DNA of 64,000 bases from Escherichia coli (GCF_001677475.2 NZ_CP015229.1); one strand, 5' to 3'; positions 35,905 to 46,599 are shown, counted from the first letter of the stretch. Translations and numbers: made by a program. The notes: generated from the sequence alone by a model not told the origin.

Positions 35905-36748
35905 GGCTATTCTCATTTTTGCCCGCCAGCTCCGACAAAAACAGTTTGTCTTTGTCTTCCACAATCAGGGCGCTAAATAATTCAGATTGCCCAATCGCCA
36001 CCGGGAACGTGTCTCCCAGCGAAATGGGTAAAATATCCCCGGCTTTTATCTGCGCCAGATCGGCGACATTCATCGATAGCTCGGCGATTTTGACGTTCAG
36101 GGTCAACGGCAGGGAGCGGATGATTTCTTTAATCAGGGCCGGTTTATTAACCGATTTCGCCACCTGCTGCGGTTTACTGTGCTCGCTGTGGCGGATCAGA
36201 TTTAAAATAAAATCGGTGTGGGCGTCGTCGAGCAAAATACGAAAGCTGCTCTCTTCATCACCCGCGAGGGTAAAGGTTAATTGATACGCCCAGTGGGTAA
36301 TCACTGTGCTGCTGTCCAGCTTTAACTTCAGCGCAATACCGGAGGTTTGCAGATTAAATATCAGCGTGCAGATATCCAGCGCCAGTCGGTTCTTTAATCG
36401 TGTTTCGGTTTTGGTCGGCAGCCCGTTATGCGCTTTCGCCTCTTCAAGAGATGACTCCAGACCATAAAAATTGCCCAGCAGCATTAACAGCAAGGAGCGA
36501 TCAATATCAAACGCCAGATGCCCGACCTGGGAAACCATCAGTTCGGCGTTTTTATTAATAATATCCATTTCGCAGCCAATCTTTTTTAGGGTGATATTGC
36601 TGCGATGCTTTTTGAGAAAGTAGCTGCCAAGATGCGAATCAATCACGTCAAAATTCCCCGTAAACAGGGTCGGCAGGCGATGGTAGGGGCGTCCGAGCCG
36701 ATTACCTTCTAATTTAAAGATGCCTGGCGTTTTACTGTACTTCAGCAT
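35897..36748 (-). CDS. lfiM: Flag-2 C-ring protein LfiM (FliM homologue)
   Basis: About 283 aa upstream of and overlapping lfiN; start uncertain (ATG at 36748 or alternative codon at 36793). Confidence 0.75.
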   Translation of the reverse strand: MLKYSKTPGIFKLEGNRLGRPYHRLPTLFTGNFDVIDSHLGSYFLKKHRSNITLKKIGCEMDIINKNAELMVSQVGHLAFDIDRSLLLMLLGNFYGLESSLEEAKAHNGLPTKTETRLKNRLALDICTLIFNLQTSGIALKLKLDSSTVITHWAYQLTFTLAGDEESSFRILLDDAHTDFILNLIRHSEHSKPQQVAKSVNKPALIKEIIRSLPLTLNVKIAELSMNVADLAQIKAGDILPISLGDTFPVAIGQSELFSALIVEDKDKLFLSELAGKNENSHE

Positions 36749-36904
36749 GGCGTACTTTCTCTGCTGTAATGGTATGGGCGTTTTTGTGCACACAAATCCG
36801 GCAGTGACACAAGGTGAACTATTAAATAGAGGGGGCGTGAAAGGGGCAAATTATTAATAGGGTGAAAAAATAATTAAATTATTAAAGGGTGAGGTATCAG
36901 GCAT

Positions 36905-37020
<116 letters not shown>

Positions 37021-37134
37021 CATTGTTTAAACTAAAATAATATTTTTATTATCGTTTAATTCAAACTTATTAAGCCTGCCGGTGATACGCTTCAGAACAT
37101 CCTGATTATTGTCGCTACTTATATCGTTCACCCT

Positions 37135-38121
37135 ATGTCTGAACTTATTGCAACTGCCGCTTCCAGCATTAACGCTTTTACTCTGGCAAAGCGTGTCGCC
37201 GCATTTAACGTGCCGGTGCTCATTCAGGGCGAAACCGGCGCGGGCAAAGAATGCGTGGCGAAATATATTCACACCGTAGCCTTTGGTGAAAATGATAACG
37301 CGCCCTATATCGGCGTGAACTGCGCGGCGATCCCGGAAAACATGCTGGAAGCTACATTATTTGGCTACGACAAAGGCGCATTTACCGGCGCAATTGCCAG
37401 CGTGCCAGGCAAAATGGAACTGGCAAATAACGGCACCTTATTGCTCGATGAAATTGGCGATATGCCGCTGGCATTACAGGCCAAAATATTACGCGTATTG
37501 CAGGAACAGCAGGTTGAGCGATTAGGCAGCAACCGACAAATTAAACTCAATTTTCGCCTGATTGCCTGCACCAATAAAAACCTTGAACAGGAAGTCGCTG
37601 CCGGGCGTTTTCGTGAAGATCTCTATTATCGTCTGGCGGTTATTCCTATTACCATGCCGCCGCTGCGTGAACGTTTGAACGATATTATTCCGCTGGCAGA
37701 GTCATTTATAAAAAAATACTCCACGGTGCTGGTGAAAAATATCACCCTTTCGGAATCTACCCGCCGTGCGCTGCTGAATTACCGCTGGCCGGGTAATGTG
37801 CGCCAGCTGGAAAACGCCATTCAGCGGGGAATGATTTTAAATCGCGACGGCGTGATTTACCCGGACGCGTTAGGCCTGCCGGAAAATGACATTGCCGACC
37901 ACAGCGAACTGCAATGGCCCATTCAGCCCTCCGTATCTGTTGCGGAAACCAGCGATTTAGGCCAGGCCGGACGTAGCGCCCAGTATCAATATATCGCCGA
38001 CCTGATGCGTAAATATCAGGGCAACCGCAGCAAAATTGCCGACCTGTTAGGCATTACCCCGCGCGCACTGCGCTATCGACTGGCCTCCATGCGCAAGCAC
38101 GGTATTGAAGTTTTCTCCTGA
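37135..38121 (+). CDS. lafK: Sigma-54-dependent transcriptional activator LafK (no receiver domain)
   Basis: AAA+ sigma-54 interaction domain starts at about residue 20 (GETGAGKE Walker A); C-terminal HTH; 328 aa. Confidence 0.85.
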   Translation: MSELIATAASSINAFTLAKRVAAFNVPVLIQGETGAGKECVAKYIHTVAFGENDNAPYIGVNCAAIPENMLEATLFGYDKGAFTGAIASVPGKMELANNGTLLLDEIGDMPLALQAKILRVLQEQQVERLGSNRQIKLNFRLIACTNKNLEQEVAAGRFREDLYYRLAVIPITMPPLRERLNDIIPLAESFIKKYSTVLVKNITLSESTRRALLNYRWPGNVRQLENAIQRGMILNRDGVIYPDALGLPENDIADHSELQWPIQPSVSVAETSDLGQAGRSAQYQYIADLMRKYQGNRSKIADLLGITPRALRYRLASMRKHGIEVFS

Positions 38122-38135
38122 CCCGGAAGTTAAAA

Positions 38136-38477
38136 ATGAGCATTACTACAATCAACAGCACCATGCAGGCGCAAATCATGCAGGACGTGCAGCGGATGCA
38201 GGCCAACGCCCAGGCGCCGGTGCTTCCCGCCATGACCTTCAGTTCCACCGACCCGGACGTTTCGTTTAACCGCATTATGAGCGGCGCGTTCAGTCACGTT
38301 GACCAGTTCCAGCAGGTGGCGGAGCAGCAGCAAACGGCTATCGACACGGGCAAAAGTGATGACCTCGCCGGGGCGATGATCGCCAGCCAGCAGGCGTCGC
38401 TCTCGTTCTCCGCGCTGGTGCAGGTGCGCAACAAAATCGCCACCGGATTTAACGATCTGATGAGTATGTCGATCTAA
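38136..38477 (+). CDS. lfiE: Flag-2 basal body protein LfiE (FliE homologue)
   Basis: 113 aa with FliE-like C-terminus ...LVQVRNKIATGFNDLMSMSI. Confidence 0.8.
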   Translation: MSITTINSTMQAQIMQDVQRMQANAQAPVLPAMTFSSTDPDVSFNRIMSGAFSHVDQFQQVAEQQQTAIDTGKSDDLAGAMIASQQASLSFSALVQVRNKIATGFNDLMSMSI

Positions 38478-38481
38478 CCCT

Positions 38482-40128
38482 ATGAATGCACAAATAAAGA
38501 AGTTAACCCAGGCGTTTCCGGCGTTTCGACTGCGTCTCGCAGATAACAAACGCTGGGCGCTGATGGCGGTAGTGGGGCTTGCCGTGGCGGCAACGGCGAT
38601 TATCGTCAGCGTGCTGTGGACCGGTAATCGCGGCTACGTCTCGCTCTACGGACGCCAGGAAAATCTGCCCGTGTCGCAGATTGTCACCGTGCTGGATGGC
38701 GAAAAGCTCAGCTACCGCATCGACCCGCAAAGCGGGCAGATTCTGGTGCCGGAAGATGAACTGTCGAAAACGCGCATGACCCTTGCTGCCAAAGGCGTGC
38801 AGGCGATATTGCCCAGCGGCTACGAGCTGATGGACAAAGACGAAGTGCTCGGCAGCAGCCAGTTCGTGCAGAACGTGCGCTACAAACGCAGCCTCGAAGG
38901 GGAGCTGGCGCAGAGCATCATGTCGCTGGACGCGGTGGAGAGCGCGCGGGTGCATCTGGCGCTCAACGAAGAAAGCTCGTTTGTGGTCAGCGATGAGCCG
39001 CAAAACAGTGCCTCGGTGGTGGTGCGTCTGCACTACGGCGCGAAGCTGAATATGGACCAGGTGAACGCCATTGTGCATCTGGTTTCCGGCAGCATTCCGG
39101 GGCTGCACGCCAGCAAAGTTAGCGTCGTCGATCAGGCGGGAAATCTGCTAACCGACGGCATTGGCGCGGGCGAGGCGGTTTCTGCCGCTACCCGTAAACG
39201 CGATCAGATTCTCAAAGACATCCAGGACAAAACCCGCGCCAGCGTGGCAAACGTGCTGGATTCGCTGGTCGGCAGCGGGAATTACCGCGTCAGCGTGATG
39301 CCGGATCTCGACCTCAGCACCATCGACGAAACCCAGGAACACTACGGCGACGCGCCGAAAATCAACCGCGAAGAGAGCGTGCTGGACAGCGACACTAACC
39401 AGGTGGCGATGGGCGTGCCCGGTTCGCTCAGTAACCGTCCGCCGGTTGCGGCGAATCAGATGACCAACGGTACGGAAGAAAACCGCTCGCCGGAAGCGTT
39501 ATCCAAACACAGCGAAAGCAAGCGCGATTACTCTTACGACCGCAGCGTCCAGCATATTCAGCATCCCGGGTTTGCGGTGAAACGCCTCAACGTGGCGGTG
39601 GTGCTCAATCAAAACGCCCCGGCGCTGAAAAACTGGAAGCCGGAGCAGACTGCGCAACTGACCGCGTTGCTGAACAATGCCGCCGGGATCGACGTCCAGC
39701 GCGGTGACAATCTCACCTTATCGCTGCTTAACTTTGTGCCGCAGGCGGTGCCGGTCGAACCAATTATTCCGCTGTGGAAAGACGACAGCGTGCTGGCCTG
39801 GGTGCGGCTGATTGGCTGCGGCCTGCTGGCGCTGTTGTTGCTGTTCTTTGTGGTGCGCCCGGTAATGAAACGCCTGACGGCGGTACGTGCGCCGGTTATC
39901 CCGCCAGAACCGGAAGCCGTCAGCGAACCGTGGATCGCCATGCCGGAAGAGGAGCGCAAAAACGTCGATCTGCCGTCGCTACCCGGCGATGACAGCCTGC
40001 CGTCCCAGAGTTCCGGCCTCGAAGTAAAACTCGAGTTCCTGCAAAAACTGGCCATGAGCGACACCGATCGCGTAGCCGAAGTTCTCAGACAATGGATCAC
40101 CAGCAATGAGCGAATTGACAACAAATAA
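38482..40128 (+). CDS. lfiF: Flag-2 MS-ring protein LfiF (FliF homologue)
   Basis: 548 aa, TM near N-terminus and near C-terminus; FliF architecture. Confidence 0.9.
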   Translation: MNAQIKKLTQAFPAFRLRLADNKRWALMAVVGLAVAATAIIVSVLWTGNRGYVSLYGRQENLPVSQIVTVLDGEKLSYRIDPQSGQILVPEDELSKTRMTLAAKGVQAILPSGYELMDKDEVLGSSQFVQNVRYKRSLEGELAQSIMSLDAVESARVHLALNEESSFVVSDEPQNSASVVVRLHYGAKLNMDQVNAIVHLVSGSIPGLHASKVSVVDQAGNLLTDGIGAGEAVSAATRKRDQILKDIQDKTRASVANVLDSLVGSGNYRVSVMPDLDLSTIDETQEHYGDAPKINREESVLDSDTNQVAMGVPGSLSNRPPVAANQMTNGTEENRSPEALSKHSESKRDYSYDRSVQHIQHPGFAVKRLNVAVVLNQNAPALKNWKPEQTAQLTALLNNAAGIDVQRGDNLTLSLLNFVPQAVPVEPIIPLWKDDSVLAWVRLIGCGLLALLLLFFVVRPVMKRLTAVRAPVIPPEPEAVSEPWIAMPEEERKNVDLPSLPGDDSLPSQSSGLEVKLEFLQKLAMSDTDRVAEVLRQWITSNERIDNK

Positions 40129-41116
40129 AAGCAACAGCTACCTGGAACAGGCGGCGATCCTGCTGCTGTGTCTGGGCGAAGAGGCGGCGGCGACGGTGAT
40201 GCAAAAACTCAGCCGCGAAGAAGTGGTGCGCCTGAGCGAAAACATGGCGCGGCTTTCCGGCGTCAAAACCAGCATGGCGCGCAAAGTGATCAATAACTTC
40301 TTTGATGAGTTCCGCGAACAGAGCGGCATCAACGGCGCATCGCGATCCATGTTGCAGGGCATTCTCAACAAAGCCCTCGGCACCGAGATCGCCAGCAGCG
40401 TGATCAACGGCATCTACGGCGATGAGATCCGCTCACGGATGGCGCGTCTGCAATGGGTGGAACCACGCCAGCTGGCGATGCTGATCTCCGAAGAGCATCT
40501 GCAATTGCAGGCAGTGTTCCTCGCGTTTCTGACACCGGAAATCTCGGCGGCGGTGCTTTCATATCTCAACGAATCGGTACAAAACGAAATTCTCTATCGG
40601 GTGGCGAAACTCAACGACGTCAACCGCGACGTGGTGGATGAACTGGACAGGCTGATCGAACGCGGTCTGTCAGTACTTTCGGAGCACGGCTCGAAGGTGA
40701 AAGGCATCAAACAGGCGGCGGATATCGTCAACCGCTTTCAGGGCAACCAGCAGGTGATCCTCGACCAGATGCGCGAGCGTGACGAAAACGTGCTGGAGCA
40801 GCTCCAGGATGAGATGTATGACTTCTTTATCCTCAGCCGCCAGAACGAAGAGGTGCGCCGACGTCTGCTCGACGAAGTGCCGATGGAAGACTGGGCGGTG
40901 GCGCTGAAAGGTACTGAAGCTCTGCTGCGCCGTTCCATTTACGCGGTAATGCCAAAACGTCAGGCTCAGCAACTGGAAGCGATCACCGCGCGCCTGGGGC
41001 CGGTGCCGGTCAGCCGTATCGAACAGATCCGCCGCGAAATCATGGGCATTGCCCGTGAGCTGGAAGAGGCGGGCGAAATTCAGCTACAGCTTTTTGCGGA
41101 ACAGACGGCGGAGTAA
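40106..41116 (+). CDS. lfiG: Flag-2 rotor/switch protein LfiG (FliG homologue)
   Basis: 336 aa, FliG-like. Confidence 0.9.
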   Translation: MSELTTNKSNSYLEQAAILLLCLGEEAAATVMQKLSREEVVRLSENMARLSGVKTSMARKVINNFFDEFREQSGINGASRSMLQGILNKALGTEIASSVINGIYGDEIRSRMARLQWVEPRQLAMLISEEHLQLQAVFLAFLTPEISAAVLSYLNESVQNEILYRVAKLNDVNRDVVDELDRLIERGLSVLSEHGSKVKGIKQAADIVNRFQGNQQVILDQMRERDENVLEQLQDEMYDFFILSRQNEEVRRRLLDEVPMEDWAVALKGTEALLRRSIYAVMPKRQAQQLEAITARLGPVPVSRIEQIRREIMGIARELEEAGEIQLQLFAEQTAE

Positions 41117-41119
41117 CCC

Positions 41120-41830
41120 ATGACCATTGAAACACTGCGCGGGCGTTATCGTCTGCACCGTTTTCCGCCGCGCCAGCGAGCTATGGCGAGTGAACCACTG
41201 ACCGCAGGGATCAGCGCCGCCGACTACCAGCGCCAGTTAAAAGACGGTTTTCAGGAAGGGCTGCAAAAAGGCTTTGAGCAGGGGATGACCGAAGGGATCG
41301 ACCAGGGATTTCTTGAAGGTCATCAAAAAGGGTTTGAAGATGGGCGACGCCAGGGCTACACCGAAGGCAGCCTCTCTGGGCAGCAGGAAGGGCGCAAGCA
41401 GTTTGTGGAGGCGGCGCAGCCGCTGGAAGCCATCAGCGGAAAAGTGAACGACTTCCTCGCCCATATCGAACGTAAACAGCGGGAAGATTTGCTGCAACTG
41501 GTGGAAAAAGTCACCCGCCAGGTGATCCGCTGCGAACTGGCGCTGCAACCGACGCAATTGCTGGCGCTGGTGGAAGAGGCGCTGGCGGCGTTCCCTTCCA
41601 TGCCGGAAACCCTGCAAGTGATGATGAGTGCGGAAGAATTTAACCGCATCCGTGACGCGGTGCCGGAAAAAGTCAACGAATGGGGGCTGATGCCGTCACT
41701 CGACTTAGCGCCGGGTGAATGCCGGGTGATTACCGATAAATCCGAACTGGATATCGGCTGCGAGCACCGCCTTGAACAGTGCATGACAGCACTAAAAGAG
41801 ACCCTAACGCCGGAGTCGCAAAGTGAGTGA
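41120..41830 (+). CDS. lfiH: Flag-2 export regulator LfiH (FliH homologue)
   Basis: 236 aa with EGxxxGxxxG-type repeats typical of FliH N-termini; precedes the ATPase. Confidence 0.75.
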   Translation: MTIETLRGRYRLHRFPPRQRAMASEPLTAGISAADYQRQLKDGFQEGLQKGFEQGMTEGIDQGFLEGHQKGFEDGRRQGYTEGSLSGQQEGRKQFVEAAQPLEAISGKVNDFLAHIERKQREDLLQLVEKVTRQVIRCELALQPTQLLALVEEALAAFPSMPETLQVMMSAEEFNRIRDAVPEKVNEWGLMPSLDLAPGECRVITDKSELDIGCEHRLEQCMTALKETLTPESQSE

Positions 41831-43160
41831 TTTTTCCGCTTTCGATAACGCCCTGCGCTCGCTGGAGTCGATCCCATTAGCCCGCGTCGCCGGGCGACTG
41901 GTGCGCCTTAACGGCATCCTGCTGGAGAGCGTCGGTTGCCCGCTAATGACCGGACAACTGTGCCGCATCGAAAGCGCCAACCACACGCTGATCGACGCGC
42001 AGGCCGTGGGATTTAATCGCGACATCACCTACTTAATGCCGTTTAAACAGCCGGTCGGCTTGATGGCGGGCGCGCGCGTCTTCCCGGAGGAAAAAGCCCA
42101 CGACATCCTGATTGGCGAAAGCTGGCTAGGCCGCGTGGTGAATGGCCTCGGCGAGCCGCTGGATGGCAAAGGGCGCTTAAATGGCAGCGATCTTTTGCCG
42201 CCGCTGCCACCGTCGGTCAATCCCTTAACCCGGCGTTCAGTGGACGAACCGCTGGACGTGGGCGTGAAAGCGATCAACGGCCTGCTGACCATCGGCAAAG
42301 GCCAGCGCGTTGGGCTGATGGCGGGTAGCGGGGTGGGGAAAAGCGTACTGCTGGGGATGATCACCCGCCAGACCAAAGCCGACATCGTGGTGGTTGGGCT
42401 GATTGGCGAACGCGGGCGCGAAGTGAAAGAGTTTATCGACCATTCACTGGGCGAGGACGGGCTGGCGAAGTCCATCGTCGTTGTCGCGCCTGCCGATGAA
42501 TCGCCGCTGATGCGCCTGAAAGCCACCGAACTGTGCCACTCCATCGCCGCCTGGTTTCGCGACCGTGGGCATCACGTTTTACTGCTGGTGGATTCCCTGA
42601 CCCGCTACGCGATGGCGCAGCGTGAAATTGCCCTCTCGCTCGGCGAGCCGCCTGCCACCAAAGGCTATCCGCCATCGGCATTCGGTATGATCCCCAAACT
42701 GGTCGAAAGTGCAGGCAACAGCGAAAGCGCAGGATCGATGACCGCCATCTACACCGTGCTGGCGGAAGGCGACGACCAGCAAGATCCGATTGTAGACTGC
42801 GCCCGCGCGGTGCTGGACGGGCATATCGTATTAACCCGCAAACTGGCGGAAGCGGGGCATTATCCGGCCATTGATATCGGCCAGTCGATCAGCCGCTGTA
42901 TGAACCAGGTTACCAGCCTGGAACATCAGCAATCCGCCCGCGCGTTAAAGCAAAACTACGCCGCCTATATGGAGATCAAACCGCTGATCCCACTCGGCGG
43001 CTACGTGGCAGGCGCGGACGCCAGCGTCGATAAAGCGGTAAAAATGTACCCGACCATCGAGCGATTTTTGCGCCAGGAGATGCGCGAACCCGCCTCCCTC
43101 GAACTGGTGCAAAGCCGCCTGCAAATCCTCTTTCCTGGTGCCAAAAAGGCAGAACAGTAA
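41823..43160 (+). CDS. lfiI: Flag-2 export ATPase LfiI (FliI homologue)
   Basis: 445 aa, Walker A GSGVGKS, F1/T3SS ATPase family. Confidence 0.92.
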   Translation: MSDFSAFDNALRSLESIPLARVAGRLVRLNGILLESVGCPLMTGQLCRIESANHTLIDAQAVGFNRDITYLMPFKQPVGLMAGARVFPEEKAHDILIGESWLGRVVNGLGEPLDGKGRLNGSDLLPPLPPSVNPLTRRSVDEPLDVGVKAINGLLTIGKGQRVGLMAGSGVGKSVLLGMITRQTKADIVVVGLIGERGREVKEFIDHSLGEDGLAKSIVVVAPADESPLMRLKATELCHSIAAWFRDRGHHVLLLVDSLTRYAMAQREIALSLGEPPATKGYPPSAFGMIPKLVESAGNSESAGSMTAIYTVLAEGDDQQDPIVDCARAVLDGHIVLTRKLAEAGHYPAIDIGQSISRCMNQVTSLEHQQSARALKQNYAAYMEIKPLIPLGGYVAGADASVDKAVKMYPTIERFLRQEMREPASLELVQSRLQILFPGAKKAEQ

Positions 43161-43162
43161 CT

Positions 43163-43597
43163 ATGCGACAAATCATCGACACCCTCGCGCAGTTACAGCG
43201 CCTGCGGGATAAATCGGTCAAGGACAAAACCGTCGAGCTGGCAAAACAGAAACAGATTTGCGCGGGCTATGACAACAATATCAAAGCATTAGGTTACCTG
43301 GTGGAGAAAACCTCTGCGGGCGCGGCGGCATCGGTGGAATCGCTGAAAAACGTCAGCGGCTACAAAGGCACCCTGCGCAAGGTGATCGCCTGGCAAGAGC
43401 AGGAAAAAACGCTGGCTAACATCAAAGCCACGCGAATGCAGAAAAACCTGACGGCGGCGGCCTGCGAAGAGAAAGTGGTGGCTTTGACGCTGGACGACAA
43501 ACGCCGCGAGCAACAAGAAAGCGCCACGGCGAAAGCGCAGAAAGCGGTGGACGATATCGCCGTGCAGTGCTGGTTGCGGCACAAATTAGCGGAGTAG
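43163..43597 (+). CDS. lfiJ: Flag-2 export chaperone LfiJ (FliJ homologue)
   Basis: 144-aa coiled-coil protein immediately after the ATPase gene. Confidence 0.7.
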   Translation: MRQIIDTLAQLQRLRDKSVKDKTVELAKQKQICAGYDNNIKALGYLVEKTSAGAAASVESLKNVSGYKGTLRKVIAWQEQEKTLANIKATRMQKNLTAAACEEKVVALTLDDKRREQQESATAKAQKAVDDIAVQCWLRHKLAE

Positions 43598-43599
43598 CC

Positions 43600-43995
43600 A
43601 TGAAAACGGTCATCACCTTCGGCACCTTCGATGTGTTTCATGTCGGTCATCTGCGCCTTTTACAACGCGCCCGCGCATTGGGCGAGCGGCTGCTGGTCGG
43701 CGTGTCGTCAGACGCCCTGAACATCGCCAAAAAGGGCAGAGCGCCGGTTTACCATCAGGATGAACGCATGGCGATTATCGCCGGGCTGGCGTGTGTGGAT
43801 GGCGTATTTCTTGAGGAATCGCTGGAGCAAAAAGCAGAGTATTTGCGGGGGTACAGTGCGGATATTTTGGTGATGGGTGATGACTGGGCAGGGAAGTTTG
43901 ACAGCTTTGCGTATATTTGTGAGGTGGTGTATTTCCCCCGCACGCCATCGGTGTCGACGACGGGGATTATTGATGTGATTAGGGCGCTTTTATAA
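43600..43995 (+). CDS. Cytidylyltransferase (glycerol-3-phosphate cytidylyltransferase TagD-like)
   Basis: N-terminal TFGTFDVFHVGH (HxGH nucleotidyltransferase motif); about 131 aa; RBS GGAG. Confidence 0.7.
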   Translation: MKTVITFGTFDVFHVGHLRLLQRARALGERLLVGVSSDALNIAKKGRAPVYHQDERMAIIAGLACVDGVFLEESLEQKAEYLRGYSADILVMGDDWAGKFDSFAYICEVVYFPRTPSVSTTGIIDVIRALL

Positions 43996-44004
43996 AGTGC
44001 TAAC

Positions 44005-44100
44005 ACCCAGATGTTTGTTTCTTGCCGGATGCGGCGTAAACGCCTTATCCAGCCTACAAGACGTGATCGATCCGTAGGCCTGATAAGCGAAGCGCATCAG
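44005..44100. repeat. REP pair
   Basis: GCCGGATGCGGCGTAAACGCCTTATCC and CGTAGGCCTGATAAGCGAAGCGCATCAGGCAC. Confidence 0.5.
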
Positions 44101-44113
44101 GCACTTCTGTGGT

Positions 44114-46558
44114 TTACCCCAACGCCTCCACAATCACCATTGCCGCCCGTTCCCCCGCCTTGCCATCCATAAACGCGTCGCAATAGTGATGGCGAATCTC
44201 CGCCAGCTTCGCCTGCAACGCCTTCCAGTCAAACGCCTCTGACAGCAGATAACGCAGTTCCGCCATATCGTGAGCGACGGGTAATATCGCGCGGATTCGC
44301 TGATCGGCGCTTTCAGGCGTGGAGTAGCTTTGCTCGCCATCGAGCAGTTCCGTCATGCCCGAAAAGTCGAGCAGGATCACCCGCTTATCAACGTGGATAG
44401 CATCGAAAATAAAGCCGCTGTTATCGGTGAGCACGTAATCGGCCTTTGCCAGTAGCGCCAGCGTGTGACGGGCGGAGTCGGTGCGCTGTTTTAAATGTCT
44501 GCGCGCCAGGGCCAGCGACGCCGCTTCTTCCGGGCGCGCGCAGGTGCCGTGGTGCAGTTTGCAAATCAGGTTCACATCACCGCTTAAGCGCCCCAATTTT
44601 TCTGCCCAGTGGGGCAGGGAGCTTAATGTGCCAAACGTGGGGGCGTAGAGCACCGTAGTTTTACGAAAATCGGGTTGGATATTTTCCGGCAACGAACGAT
44701 CGAAAGTGCCGTTATGCCAGGTGTCGAAGCGCGGGTTGCCAACCACTTTTGCATTGCCGAAATGTTCCAGCGCCTGCTGGCTGTAGTGGCTGTAACACAA
44801 AATGCGCTGATAAAAACGGTTCCAGTCGGCATGGTTCCACGTCTCTTTGGCTAAGCCGTACATGGCGCGGATGTTCACGGGGGAAAGGCCATTGAGCGCA
44901 GGCGTGTGGTAGGGGCTGACCAGGCATTTCACCCGCTGACCGTGTGCCTGCATTTCAGATAAGCGCATACCTTTAAGCTGCGGATCGACGATACTTTTTA
45001 GCGTCGCCAGCATTTCATCAAGAAACGGTTTAAACACGCGGTCGTTGATCACCAGCGTGCAACTCTGCCCCTGCGCCTGTAGGGATGTGATGATGGGGCG
45101 GTACAGCGCGTAGTGAAAGGAGGTTTCCATAAAAAAGCCGATGGTGTCGGCGATGGGTAACGCGGATGGCGTTGTGGCTACGGGCAATTTATTGAAAAAG
45201 TGACTAATATTATCAGTCACTTTTTGCTCGATATCACTAAAGCCCGGTCGCTGGTAACAAAGGCTCGGATAACAGGCCAGCCATTTGTCGGCGCGTAGCA
45301 GCGACTGCCAACACTCTTCAAGTGAGTGCTCATCGTTGCTCATCTGCTGCGCCAGTTGCGGGTAGTAGCGGCTGTTCACCAGATAAGCGCACACTTTGCG
45401 GCAGTCCCGCGCGTGCACCAGCCCCGGCAAACTTTTTAGCATCGTTCCCTGCGAAATTTCGCCGCCAAGGATCATCACCTGCCAGGGAATTTTCGCCAGG
45501 CTGGCCAGCAGAGTGTTCAGCACCTGAATATGTTTCTCCTGCTTGAGAATGACCGCGTCATCTTCCAGTAAAAGGTAGTTTTGCCAGCCCTGCCGTTGCG
45601 CCAGGCGCAGCGCCTGCAAGTGTGACTGCTGGCGGCCCCGTTGACCGTTTTCATCTTCGCAGGCGGCAAGGCGGGTGATCTTCTCAGGCGGAATATGCAG
45701 CAAAGCCAGTTCTTCACGGATCTGTTGTAAGCGATCCGGGCGTTTATCCAGATTCAGCAGAACGATCTGATCGATCACCTGATGGTTGATCGCCTGATGA
45801 TGAGTGGCGTTATGCAGACTCAGATAAGCATTGCGGAGCAGCGGATCGCGGACGATATCCGTAAGCGTCGCGTTTACTGGCGTGCTGGCCCCGAGAATAA
45901 AGTCTTTATCAAAGGTGTTGTGGCTGTGCGAGATACACAGAATCGTGCGCTCACCGGGCAGTTGTAGCGGGTTAACGCTGAAGTTATCGGTGAAACTTTT
46001 CTCTTCACCTAAATTGCAATCGTCATCGTAGCGGTGCTTTTTCAGGTAGTTACGGTGATAGCAAAAGGTGCCGTTGAGGATGTTATGCGAGCCAAAGCAG
46101 CGGCTTTTGAAAATGCGGTTGATATGGCTGTACCAGATGGGGATCTGGTCGGAACCGGAGATGAGCGCCCGGTGTTTTTGCATCATGGCGATGGTGTACG
46201 AGATTTTATCTGCCGGGTAGTAGTCGTCATCGTCCATGCAGAGGATGTATTCGCCGCGCGCCAGTTCGTTGAGCATATTACGTTTTTTGCCCAGCGGCAG
46301 TTTTTCCGGGTGATGGATGTAGCGGATATTGAAGGACTCCGGCTTGCCATTGGTCAGGCGGTCGATGATGTGTTGATGGCTTTGCGGGGAGTCGTCGAGG
46401 ATGACCAGTTCGCGGCGGTCTGCCGGGTAGTCCTGATAGCGGTACATATAGAGCAGGTACAGCAGGAATGCGCCGCGATTCCAGGTTGGCGTGACGACGC
46501 TGACAAATGGTTTTTCGCGGTGGGTGGCGAGTGTTTTGATGATGGTTGGTGTTGGCAT
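44114..46558 (-). CDS. Large multi-domain glycosyltransferase (GT2-like + GT25-like + CDP-glycerol glycerophosphotransferase-like C-terminus)
   Basis: About 815 aa; N-terminal GT-A region with VVTPTWNR and DDDDYY (DxD); middle LLNLDKRPDRL (GT25-like); C-terminal ...LYAPTFG...KLHHG... reminiscent of TagB/TagF; start uncertain. Confidence 0.65.
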   Translation of the reverse strand: MPTPTIIKTLATHREKPFVSVVTPTWNRGAFLLYLLYMYRYQDYPADRRELVILDDSPQSHQHIIDRLTNGKPESFNIRYIHHPEKLPLGKKRNMLNELARGEYILCMDDDDYYPADKISYTIAMMQKHRALISGSDQIPIWYSHINRIFKSRCFGSHNILNGTFCYHRNYLKKHRYDDDCNLGEEKSFTDNFSVNPLQLPGERTILCISHSHNTFDKDFILGASTPVNATLTDIVRDPLLRNAYLSLHNATHHQAINHQVIDQIVLLNLDKRPDRLQQIREELALLHIPPEKITRLAACEDENGQRGRQQSHLQALRLAQRQGWQNYLLLEDDAVILKQEKHIQVLNTLLASLAKIPWQVMILGGEISQGTMLKSLPGLVHARDCRKVCAYLVNSRYYPQLAQQMSNDEHSLEECWQSLLRADKWLACYPSLCYQRPGFSDIEQKVTDNISHFFNKLPVATTPSALPIADTIGFFMETSFHYALYRPIITSLQAQGQSCTLVINDRVFKPFLDEMLATLKSIVDPQLKGMRLSEMQAHGQRVKCLVSPYHTPALNGLSPVNIRAMYGLAKETWNHADWNRFYQRILCYSHYSQQALEHFGNAKVVGNPRFDTWHNGTFDRSLPENIQPDFRKTTVLYAPTFGTLSSLPHWAEKLGRLSGDVNLICKLHHGTCARPEEAASLALARRHLKQRTDSARHTLALLAKADYVLTDNSGFIFDAIHVDKRVILLDFSGMTELLDGEQSYSTPESADQRIRAILPVAHDMAELRYLLSEAFDWKALQAKLAEIRHHYCDAFMDGKAGERAAMVIVEALG

Positions 46559-46599
46559 GGTGTTTGGGTGAGTTAAGGGGTGAATGTGATGAATGTGCG

